A stretch of DNA of 64,000 nt. Origin: Rhodospirillales bacterium. GTDB lineage: Bacteria; Pseudomonadota; Alphaproteobacteria; Rhodospirillales; SHVQ01. Shown one piece after another: positions 37,813-45,518 of the stretch. Position numbers and translations under genes: made by a program. Position 1 is the first letter of the stretch; each line of letters starts with the position of its first letter. The stretch covers positions 10,465-74,464 of the forward strand of contig SHVQ01000008.1 of NCBI GenBank assembly GCA_009694195.1, given 5' to 3'. The notes below the pieces were generated by a model, which saw only the letters and a list, made by a program, of their open reading frames with translations, did not search any database and had not been told where the DNA came from.

Positions 37813-38137
37813 GCCGTCGCTCTGGATCGTGCTCGCGGTCGCGACGGGCGCAACCTATCTCTGGCGCGGGCTCGGCGTCGCGGTCGCGAGCCGCATCAGC
37901 CCCGAAGGCGACTTTGCGAGTTGGATGTCCTGCGTCGCCTACGCGATGCTGGCGGGCCTGATCGCGCGGATGATTCTCTTTCCCGCCGGAGTCCTCGGCG
38001 AAACCCTGCTCGAAGACCGCCTGGCCGCGACCGCGGCCGGCCTCTCCATCTTCTTCATATTCAAGAGAAATCTACTTCTTTCGACGGTTGCGGCGACGGT
38101 GCTTTTCATCGCGATCATTGCCGTCCGCGGGGCCTAG
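37805..38137 (+). CDS. azlD: AzlD-family small membrane subunit
   Basis: ATYLWRGLG, VAYAMLAGLIAR; overlaps the azlC end. Confidence 0.75.
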   Translation: MDEPSLWIVLAVATGATYLWRGLGVAVASRISPEGDFASWMSCVAYAMLAGLIARMILFPAGVLGETLLEDRLAATAAGLSIFFIFKRNLLLSTVAATVLFIAIIAVRGA

Positions 38138-38218
38138 AGGCGCACGCCCGGTTTGTACGTTTTGTACAATTTGTTACCGGATTCAAAAACGATATGTTTT
38201 ACGTACCACGCCGTACCG

Positions 38219-39283
38219 TCAGGCAGCGCCGAGAACGTACACCGCGGCGTCGACCGGATCGCCCTTCTCGAAGCGGAGCACGCAATCCCGGCGCGCCCGC
38301 ACAGCGAAGCCGGCGCGCGAGGCCTCGGCCGCCACATAGGCGGCGCCGTGCCGGTAGTGCCCGGACGGCGCGAGGCCGTACCCCGGCCCCGGACCCCGCT
38401 CGACCGTGAACGCGAAATGGCCGGGCGGGCGGAGCACGCGGCGGACCGCCGCATAGAGCGGCGCAAGGTCGCCGATATAGATCAGCACGTCGCCCGCAAG
38501 GACGAGGTCGTAGCGCGCGCTCATGCGCGCCAGCGTCTCCGCCACCTCGCCGACCGTGAGCGCGGCGTAGATTGCCTTCTCGCGCGCCTTGGCAATCATG
38601 CCCGGCGACAAATCGACGCCGTCGATGCGGCGCGCGAGCGGGTGGAACGCGGCGCCGCAGAGCCCGGTGCCGCAACCGGCATCCAGGATGTCGAGGTTCT
38701 GCGCGCGCTGGCCGAGGACGCCCTGCACCGCGTCGAGAAGAAACCCGGGGCCCCCGTACTTGAGGCTCTGAACGAGGTCGGCTTCGAATTTTTCCGCATA
38801 GACGTCGAAAAGCTCGACGACGAGCTGCCGGGGCGCCTGCGCCGGCACCTCGGCCGCGCCGAGAGCGCTCAGGTAATAGCGGGCGCCGCGCGCGCCCGGA
38901 TCGAGATCGACACATTTCTGGTACTCGACGATCGCGGCCGCGTGATCGCCGCGCTGCTGGAGCGCGTGGGCCAGCGCGAAACGGGCCGCGGCCGACCGAG
39001 GCTCCGCGGCCACCTTGCGGCGCGCTTCCGAGACGGCCTTGTCGAGCTTCTCGTTGAGCTTCGCTCGTTCCAAGGCGCGTCGCAGGGTGCCGGCGCCCGG
39101 GGCGCCGCTATCGAGCTCGGCCGTTATTCTGGTGAAATCGGGCGCGACCGGCGCGACCTCGCCCGCATGGGCCATGAGCGCCGCGCTCACGCTCGCCGGC
39201 CGGCCCGGCCGGGGGCCGGAGAGACCGGACCTGCGGCCACGCGGGCCGGACGGTGGCTTGTTGCGCGATTTCGCCATGGCCAT
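38219..39283 (-). CDS. TPR + class I SAM-dependent methyltransferase
   Basis: TPR segment, LFDVYAEKFEADL, ILDAGCGTG, GVDLSPGM, DVLIYIGDL. Confidence 0.87.
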   Translation of the reverse strand: MAMAKSRNKPPSGPRGRRSGLSGPRPGRPASVSAALMAHAGEVAPVAPDFTRITAELDSGAPGAGTLRRALERAKLNEKLDKAVSEARRKVAAEPRSAAARFALAHALQQRGDHAAAIVEYQKCVDLDPGARGARYYLSALGAAEVPAQAPRQLVVELFDVYAEKFEADLVQSLKYGGPGFLLDAVQGVLGQRAQNLDILDAGCGTGLCGAAFHPLARRIDGVDLSPGMIAKAREKAIYAALTVGEVAETLARMSARYDLVLAGDVLIYIGDLAPLYAAVRRVLRPPGHFAFTVERGPGPGYGLAPSGHYRHGAAYVAAEASRAGFAVRARRDCVLRFEKGDPVDAAVYVLGAA

Positions 39284-39320
39284 GCATATTTTACCGGACC
39301 GCTTCGGCGTTTAACACCCT
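39223..39320. repeat. ~98-bp direct repeat, copy A
   Basis: Aligns colinearly with 39940..40037 (offset 717). Confidence 0.85.
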
Positions 39321-39440
39321 GCCCCCCGGCCGCACGAACGCCGCCCGCCGGGGGCCGTCCGGATTGAGATAGAGCCACTCCAGGCGCTCGACCGCAACCT
39401 CGATGACGGTGAACTTGCGGAAGGCGGGACCGCTTTCCAT
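39291..39440 (-). pseudogene. Detached C-terminal fragment of the pyridoxamine 5'-phosphate oxidase-like gene
   Basis: MESGPAFRKFTVIEVAVERLEWLYLNPDGPRRAAFVRPGGRVLNAEAVR*; its start parallels ESDPAFQDFAV at the end of 40028..40546. Confidence 0.7.
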
Positions 39441-39452
39441 GCGGCGCACCGG

Positions 39453-39806
39453 CTATCGATGCGCTCCAAGATATTCCGCGAGGACCAGTGCCTGATTGTG
39501 CGCCACATCGCGCGCCGAGTAGAGCAATGTGACCGGCCCGCGTACGCATATGGCGCGTAGCTTTGCAATTGCATCGGGATTGCGGTCGAGCTCTGCCGCG
39601 TAGCGAGCGCAGAATTGCTTCCAGCGCTCGGGGCGATGATTGAACCATTTCCGCAATTCCGTGCTTGGGGCGACGTCCTTGAACCAAACTACGTCGCCGA
39701 GCTTCTCCTTGCTGATCCCGCGCGGCCAAACACGGTCTACCAGAACGCACAGCCCGTCGTCCGAGGAGCGCCGCTCATAAACTCGCTTGATCTGCGGATT
39801 TGCCAT
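39453..39806 (-). CDS. DUF488 / YeaO-family protein
   Basis: IKRVYE...DDG..VLVDRVWPRGISKE, VAPSTELRKWFNH, LLYSARD..HNQA. Confidence 0.9.
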   Translation of the reverse strand: MANPQIKRVYERRSSDDGLCVLVDRVWPRGISKEKLGDVVWFKDVAPSTELRKWFNHRPERWKQFCARYAAELDRNPDAIAKLRAICVRGPVTLLYSARDVAHNQALVLAEYLGAHR

Positions 39807-39939
39807 GCCTCTTCGTGCATTTTTTACGGTGTCCCGTTTGCGACGCATCTTCGTCATCGCACGCACATGATCGCAAGGCGCTGGTCATACGCCAAGACGG
39901 CGCAGTCGGGCCAATCCGGCCGGCGGCCGGAGCCTGGAG

Positions 39940-40037
39940 GACCGGACCTGCGGCCACGCGGGGCGGACGGAGGCTTGTTGCGCGATTTCGCCATGGCCGC
40001 GCAGATTCTACCGGACCGCCTCGGCGTTTAACACCCT
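39940..40037. repeat. ~98-bp direct repeat, copy B
   Basis: Contains a second copy of the methyltransferase 5' end (MAKSRNKPPS). Confidence 0.85.
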
Positions 40038-40546
40038 TCCCCCAGGGCAACGGCGAAGTCCTGGAACGCGGGATCGCTTTCCTCCGCGCTCGGCAACCGC
40101 CCGATGTACGCGGCCGGAAATCCCCCGGTCGGCACAGCCGACGGCGTTCCCGGCACGTCTTCGCCCATGTAGGCCCGGCGGACGGGCGGCACGGTCGCGG
40201 CCCAGGCGGCGCGGTCGCGCGCGTCGCCGCGGCGCACCGTTGCCGTGCCGGTCGCGCGGATTTGCACGTTCTCTTGCGGGTGATGGAAGACGACCTGCAC
40301 GCGGGGCTCGGCCGTGATCTCCTGGACCTTGGCCGAGCGCGCGTCGGTGTGGACCTGGAGCGTCCGGCGCTCCGCGTCGACCGCGCGGAGGATGACGGTG
40401 CGCACGGCGGGCGCACCGTCCAGGCCCGTCGTCGCCAGCACGGGCGTGCGCAAGGGCGACTCCCGCTTCGCCTGGCCGTCCTGCATCAACGCCCACGCGT
40501 GGGCGGCCTCCAGGTCCGCGTAGTGGTCGGGCTTCGGCCCGGCCAT
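40028..40546 (-). pseudogene. Pyridoxamine 5'-phosphate oxidase-like FMN-binding protein, C-terminally frameshifted
   Basis: PVLATTG...VRTVILR...HTDARSAK...VQIRATG. A 73-bp deletion relative to the duplicated copy shifts GGRVLNAEAVR into another frame. Confidence 0.7.
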
Positions 40547-40971
40547 CAGATCTTCGGCAACGGCACGAGGGCGCAGCCGTCGATCCGCCAGCTTCCGTCC
40601 GGCATCCGCATCATCGGATAGAGCGCCATGAAGGCGTCGCCGTCGGCACCGACGATGGTCGCGCGCTGGATCAGGCGGCCGTCGTCCTCGACCAGCTCGA
40701 GAAAGGTGACGCTCTTCGGCCTGTACACCGGCGGGTAACCGGAGATCACCATCTGCATGAAGATCTCCGGCGAGCGGAATTGGGTCTGGATGTTGGGCGA
40801 GGCAAAGGAGAAGGCGAGCTTGCCGTCGTCCTTCTTGAAGGCGTCGAGCTGCCGCTCGATCACCTGGACAATCTGGGCCCGCTGCTCGGCGCGCGGATCG
40901 GCGCGGGCCGGCAGGGGGAACAGGAGTGCGGCGAACAGGAGTGCGGCGAGGACGAGAGCAACGGCGCGCAT
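40546..40971 (-). CDS. Secreted DUF4864-like protein
   Basis: Signal peptide; QVIERQLDAFKKDD..AFSFASP.IQ..F...FM.MV..GYP.VYRP, WRIDGC. Confidence 0.75.
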   Translation of the reverse strand: MRAVALVLAALLFAALLFPLPARADPRAEQRAQIVQVIERQLDAFKKDDGKLAFSFASPNIQTQFRSPEIFMQMVISGYPPVYRPKSVTFLELVEDDGRLIQRATIVGADGDAFMALYPMMRMPDGSWRIDGCALVPLPKI

Positions 40972-40983
40972 GAGATGTCTCCC

Positions 40984-41460
40984 TTAGTTGCGGCGCGAAC
41001 GGGTTCGGCGCGCACGCGCGGGCCGCGCCGGTCTGCGGGTGGAGGGGACGCGCTTCTTGCGCTTTTTGGGCGCATCGACCTTGGCCGCCCACGCCTCGAT
41101 CTCGACCAGGTACTCAGGGTGCGGCAGCGCGGTGACCGTGATGAGCGTGCTTGCCGGCTTCTCGCCGCCGAGCATGCGGTTGCGCGCCGCCTGGAAACCC
41201 GCGCGGTCCTCAGCTCTCGGCATGAAGATGGTGACGGCGACCAGGTCCTCCGCGCTCATGCCCGCGTGCGCGAGCACGGCGAAGATGTTGAGCCACACGC
41301 GCTCGGCCTGGGCCTCGATGCCCTTGGGAATGGTGCCGTCCGGATTGACCGGGACTTGGCCGGAGAGGCGGAGCCAGCGCGCGTTCGGCGGGATCTCGAC
41401 CGCGGCGGAGAAATGCGCGCCGGGCGCGGCGATGGTGGGCACGTTGAAGCGCTTGATCAT
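40984..41460 (-). CDS. RidA/YjgF-family protein with Lys/Arg-rich tail
   Basis: LSGQVP, PASTLITVTALPHPEYLVEIEA. Confidence 0.85.
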   Translation of the reverse strand: MIKRFNVPTIAAPGAHFSAAVEIPPNARWLRLSGQVPVNPDGTIPKGIEAQAERVWLNIFAVLAHAGMSAEDLVAVTIFMPRAEDRAGFQAARNRMLGGEKPASTLITVTALPHPEYLVEIEAWAAKVDAPKKRKKRVPSTRRPARPARARRTRSRRN

Positions 41461-41477
41461 GATGAAGCTCCCCCGTC

Positions 41478-41563
41478 CGTCATGCCCGCACTTGTTGCGG
41501 GCATCCACGACTTGGCTCACAGCATCAAGAGCGTGGATCGCCGGGTCAAGCCCGGCGATGACG
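41478..41563. repeat. CGTC-type REP-like palindromic element
   Basis: CGTCATGCCCGCACTTGTTGCGGGCATCCACG...CGTGGATCGCCGGGTCAAGCCCGGCGATGACG. Confidence 0.8.
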
Positions 41564-41574
41564 CAAGAAGGATA

Positions 41575-42441
41575 TCAATGGCCGGAGAGTACCGCGACGC
41601 CGCCGAAGATCAGCGCCATCCCGCCCCATTGGGCCGGCGTGATCGTCTCCTTGAGGAAACCGCGGGCCCAAAGAGCGGCGACGGCGCCGAATCCGGAGGC
41701 GATCACCGCGGCGATCTCGCCCCCGTCGCCGTGCCCGGCCGTGAAAAGCGCGAGGTAGGCGCCGGCGTCCAGCAATCCCTGCAACAGCAGGGCGGGGACC
41801 AGGGATGCGGAAAACCGGAGCTTGTAGCGCGGGAGGAGAAAGAGCGGCAGGAGCGCGAGAAGGCCCACGATGCGCGAGGCCCAGACCGTCTGAACCTCGC
41901 CGAACATCGGCGTGGCCGCCTGGCCGGCGACGATGCTCAGGGCAAAGAAGAACGCCGCCGCGCCGGCATAGAGGAGCGTCCGCCGGATGCCGCCCGGCGG
42001 CTCCGGCTCTCCTTCCGCGTCCTCGGCCTTGGCCGCGCGGCCGACCACCGCGACGCCCGCCATGACGACAGCCATGGCGATCCATTGGAGCCAGCCCGGC
42101 CGGGCGCCGAGAGCGACCGCGATGAGAAGGACGAGCGCCGGATAGGCGCCGACGACCGGCGCGACCACGCTCACGGGGCCGCGCGCGAGCGCGTTGTAGA
42201 GAAAGAGCGTCGGCACCATCACCAGGACGCCGGTCGCCAGCAGAAGCCAGGCGCCCGGCCACTGCCAGACCAAGGGCTCGCCGGCGGCGAACATCCATGC
42301 GGTGAGCGCGACCGAGCCGACGGCGAGCATGCCGAAGAGGGAGCTGGCGGAACCGATCCCGCGGCTCGTGAAGCGGGCGACGAAGTCGGCGGTGCCCCAG
42401 GCGAAGGCCGCCGCGATTCCGAGCAATACGGGGTTCATCAT
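41575..42441 (-). CDS. EamA/DMT-family transporter
   Basis: AFAWGTADF, GPVSVVAPVVGAYP, FLKETIT..QW; about 10 TM segments. Confidence 0.88.
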   Translation of the reverse strand: MMNPVLLGIAAAFAWGTADFVARFTSRGIGSASSLFGMLAVGSVALTAWMFAAGEPLVWQWPGAWLLLATGVLVMVPTLFLYNALARGPVSVVAPVVGAYPALVLLIAVALGARPGWLQWIAMAVVMAGVAVVGRAAKAEDAEGEPEPPGGIRRTLLYAGAAAFFFALSIVAGQAATPMFGEVQTVWASRIVGLLALLPLFLLPRYKLRFSASLVPALLLQGLLDAGAYLALFTAGHGDGGEIAAVIASGFGAVAALWARGFLKETITPAQWGGMALIFGGVAVLSGH

Positions 42442-42486
42442 GGGCGGCGATCATGCTCCGCCGGCCGCCGCCCGGCAACCGCCGAG

Positions 42487-42542
42487 CCTTTCGACAGGCT
42501 CACCCTTCGACAGGCTCACCCTTCGACAGGCTCAGGGTGAGG
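42487..42542 (+). repeat. 3 x 16-bp tandem repeat CCYTTCGACAGGCTCA followed by GGGTGAGG
   Basis: Units at 42487, 42503 and 42519, in a divergent intergenic region. Confidence 0.8.
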
Positions 42543-42588
42543 CGCGCGCGTGTGATACGATGCGAGCGCCGTTCGGGGGACCGTTCCG

Positions 42589-43239
42589 ATGAAAAAGCGT
42601 TCCAAGCCGCGCCGCACGCCGCCCAAGTTCCAGGACCCCCACGCCCTCGCGGGGAGCCGCGACGGCTCGCTCGAAGTCGCGATCGGCGCCGAGGTGCGCG
42701 CGTTCCGCCGGAAGCAGAACATGACCGTCGCCGAACTCGCGAAGCGGGCGGCGCTCTCGACGGGGATGCTGTCGAAGATCGAGAACGGCGTCACGTCGCC
42801 CTCCCTCGACACGCTGCGGTCTCTCTCGAAGGCGCTGCACGTGCCGGTGACGGCCTTCTTCCGCCGTTACGAAGAAGAGCGCGACGCGACGTTCGTCCAC
42901 GCCGGACACGGCCTCAAGATCGAGCGGCGCGGCACGCGCGCCGGGCACCAGTACCAGCTCCTCGGCCACACGACGGGGAAGCGCCTGGTGGTCGAGCCGT
43001 ATCTCATCACGCTCACCGAGGAGTCGGACGTCTTCCCCCTCTTCCAGCACTCCGGCGTCGAGTTCCTGTACATGCTGGAGGGCGAGGTCGAGTACCGGCA
43101 CAGCAACAAGACCTATCGCCTGACGCCCGGCGACTCGCTCTTTTTCGACGCCGACGCGCCGCACGGGCCGGAAGAGCTGACGCGGCTCCCCATCCGCTTC
43201 ATTTCCGTCATTTGCTACCCGCGGGCGGACGAGGACTAG
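42589..43239 (+). CDS. XRE HTH + cupin transcriptional regulator
   Basis: LSTGMLSKIENGVTSPSL, FQHSGVEFLYMLEG, GDSLFFDADAPHGP. Confidence 0.9.
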   Translation: MKKRSKPRRTPPKFQDPHALAGSRDGSLEVAIGAEVRAFRRKQNMTVAELAKRAALSTGMLSKIENGVTSPSLDTLRSLSKALHVPVTAFFRRYEEERDATFVHAGHGLKIERRGTRAGHQYQLLGHTTGKRLVVEPYLITLTEESDVFPLFQHSGVEFLYMLEGEVEYRHSNKTYRLTPGDSLFFDADAPHGPEELTRLPIRFISVICYPRADED

Positions 43240-43350
43240 GGCCTTTCCTTTCCGTTTCCCTTGGGGAAAATAAGTTTACCCGGGCCTTGAACCCCATCAG
43301 CCGATCCGATACGGTCGCGACAACGATCCGATCCCCGGAGGACATGATCC

Positions 43351-44250
43351 ATGTGCGGCATCGTCGGCCTCTACCTGAAGAACAAGAAGCTCGAAAAACA
43401 CTTGGGCAAGCACCTGACGGCCATGCTGGTCGGGATGAGCGACCGCGGGCCGGACTCGGCAGGGATGGCCGTCTATCGGAACCCGGCACCCAAGGGCTCG
43501 GTCAAGCTTTCGCTCTTCCATCCGGACCCCACGTTCGCTTGGAAGAAGCTCGCATCCCAGGTGCGGAAGGCGTTCGGCGGCAAGGCCAAAGGCGAGGTGC
43601 GCGGGAGCCACTACGTGCTCGTCGCCAAGGGGTCGCCTGAGCGCCTCAGGAAATGGATTCCCGAGCACTTCCCGACCGTCCGCATCATGGGCATCGGCGA
43701 CATCATCGAGATTTATAAGGAGAAGGGCCGGCCCGAGCAGGTGGCCCAGCGCTTCCGGCTGCACGAGCTCACGGGCACCCACGCCATCGGCCACACGCGG
43801 ATGGCAACGGAGAGCGCGGTGACGACCGAGCACTCGCACCCCTTCTCCACCGGCCAGGACCTCTGCCTCGTCCACAACGGCTCGCTCTCCAACTACAATC
43901 GCCTCCGCCAGTGGCTGCAGCGCCATGGCATCCAGTTCCAGACCGACAACGACACGGAAGTGGCGGCCGGCTATTTCGCCTTTCGCCTGCAGCAAGGCGA
44001 CAGCCTGAAGGAGGCGTTGAAGGCCGGGCTCGTCGACCTCGACGGCTTCTTCACCTTCGCCGTCGGGACCCGCGACGGGTTCGCGGTGGTCCGCGACGGG
44101 ATCGCCTGCAAGCCCGCCGTGCTGGCGGAAAACGACGACTGGGTCGCGATGGCGTCCGAGTATCGATCGATCGCGCATCTGCCCGGCGCGGAGAAGGCGA
44201 AGATTTGGGAGCCCGCCCCCGCCACCATCTACACCTGGGGCAACGCTTAA
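43351..44250 (+). CDS. glxB: Class II amidotransferase (N-methylglutamate synthase subunit A-like)
   Basis: MCGIVG, RGPDSAG, GHTRMATES, HNGSLSN, TDNDTE. Confidence 0.88.
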   Translation: MCGIVGLYLKNKKLEKHLGKHLTAMLVGMSDRGPDSAGMAVYRNPAPKGSVKLSLFHPDPTFAWKKLASQVRKAFGGKAKGEVRGSHYVLVAKGSPERLRKWIPEHFPTVRIMGIGDIIEIYKEKGRPEQVAQRFRLHELTGTHAIGHTRMATESAVTTEHSHPFSTGQDLCLVHNGSLSNYNRLRQWLQRHGIQFQTDNDTEVAAGYFAFRLQQGDSLKEALKAGLVDLDGFFTFAVGTRDGFAVVRDGIACKPAVLAENDDWVAMASEYRSIAHLPGAEKAKIWEPAPATIYTWGNA

Positions 44251-44260
44251 AGGTCCAGCC

Positions 44261-44947
44261 ATGATCACCGTCGATTTGGAGACCGCGGGCGGCGTGCGCG
44301 CGCTGAATGACCGCCTGCACAAGCTGCCGCACGATACCAACGAAACCGCCTGGAAGGTTCTCAACCCGATGGGGGCGCACGCGGTCGCCGTCGGCGTGAA
44401 CGCGCCGATCCAGGTCGAGATCGACGGCCACGTCGGCTACTACTGCGGCGGCATGAACACGGACGCGACCATCACCGTCAACGGCCACGCCGGCCCCGGG
44501 CTGGGCGAGAACATCATGTCCGGCACGATCCGCGTGAAGGGAAACGCCTCCCAGTCCGCGGCCGCCACCGGGCGCGGCGGCCTCGTGGTGATCGAAGGGA
44601 GCGCGAGCTCGCGCTGCGGGATCGCCATGAAGGGCGTCGACATCGTGGTCGGCGGCGACGTCGGCCACATGAGCGCCTTCATGGCGCAGGCCGGGCATTT
44701 GGTCGTCTGCGGCGACGCGGGCTCGAGCTTGGGCGACTCGATTTATGAAGCGATCCTCTACGTGCGCGGCCAGGTCGAGAGCCTCGGCGCCGATTGCATC
44801 GAGAAAGAGATGACTCCCGAGCACCTGAAGACGGTCGAAAGCCTGCTCAAGCGGGCGGGCGTGAAGGCCGATCCGAAGGCGTTCAAGCGCTACGGCTCGG
44901 CCCGCAAGCTCTACAATTTCAAGATCGACAACGCGGCGAATTACTAG
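44261..44947 (+). CDS. glxC: GXGXG (GltB/FwdC) domain protein (N-methylglutamate synthase subunit B-like)
   Basis: GYYCGGMN, RCGIAMKG, FKRYGSARKLYNF. Confidence 0.88.
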   Translation: MITVDLETAGGVRALNDRLHKLPHDTNETAWKVLNPMGAHAVAVGVNAPIQVEIDGHVGYYCGGMNTDATITVNGHAGPGLGENIMSGTIRVKGNASQSAAATGRGGLVVIEGSASSRCGIAMKGVDIVVGGDVGHMSAFMAQAGHLVVCGDAGSSLGDSIYEAILYVRGQVESLGADCIEKEMTPEHLKTVESLLKRAGVKADPKAFKRYGSARKLYNFKIDNAANY

Positions 44948-44988
44948 ATGACAGCGCGCTGGCCGGAACACGTTTCCACGGACATCGA

Positions 44989-45499
44989 AGCCCCTCTCGC
45001 GCGCGAGCGGGAGAGGGTGGCGAACCCGCGGGATTGGCCTGCGGGGAGCCGGGTGAGGGCTATTCCGTCAGCCCCGACGAGGGCGACTCAGGACGCGCAA
45101 GATGGTCCCTTGCACCGCATCAATGTTGGTCAGAATGTCGGTGTTCCAAAAGCGCAGCACCTTCCAGCCATGGCGCTTGAGCCAAGCGGTTCGGCGTTGG
45201 TCGTCGGTGCATCCGGAGTGCTGACCGCCGTCGGCCTCGATCACAAGGCAGTATTCAATACAGGCAAAATCGACCACGAACGGCCCCAGCGGATGCTGAC
45301 GGCGAAATTTGTATCCTCGCAGCCGCTGTCCACGCAGCGCCGACCACAGCCGGCGTTCGGCATCTGTCATTGTCGCCCGCAAGCGGAGTGCCGTGCGGTT
45401 GGGCATCGTCGGCAGGATAGCACGAGTGTAAATCACCCTCACCTTCCCGGCCCTGAAGGGCCGGGTCCCTCCCTCTCCCGCTCGCGCGGGAGAGGGGCT
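44989..45499. mobile_element. Putative REP-flanked DUF559 cassette
   Basis: 29-bp inverted ends (44989-45017 and 45471-45499, one mismatch) enclose an antisense DUF559 gene between glxC and glxD. Confidence 0.6.
45068..45406 (-). CDS. DUF559 (Vsr-like PD-(D/E)XK) endonuclease
   Basis: MTDAERRLWSALR...GYKFRRQHPLGPFVVDFAC...LVIEADGGQH...DQRRTAWL...GWKVLRFWN. Confidence 0.9.
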   Translation of the reverse strand: MPNRTALRLRATMTDAERRLWSALRGQRLRGYKFRRQHPLGPFVVDFACIEYCLVIEADGGQHSGCTDDQRRTAWLKRHGWKVLRFWNTDILTNIDAVQGTILRVLSRPRRG

Positions 45500-45518
45500 G
45501 TTCCGGAGTGAAAGCACA

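Noticed and set aside
40028-41092. 354-aa ORF
   Set aside because: The upstream portion overlaps the DUF4864 and RidA genes out of frame; the real start is 40546.
42487-42534. Possible mini-CRISPR
   Set aside because: The 16-bp units are contiguous with no spacers, and there are no cas genes.
43255-43300. TTTCCC-TTG-GGGAAA palindrome upstream of glxB
   Set aside because: A plausible XRE operator, but 6-bp arms in a single instance are insufficient support.
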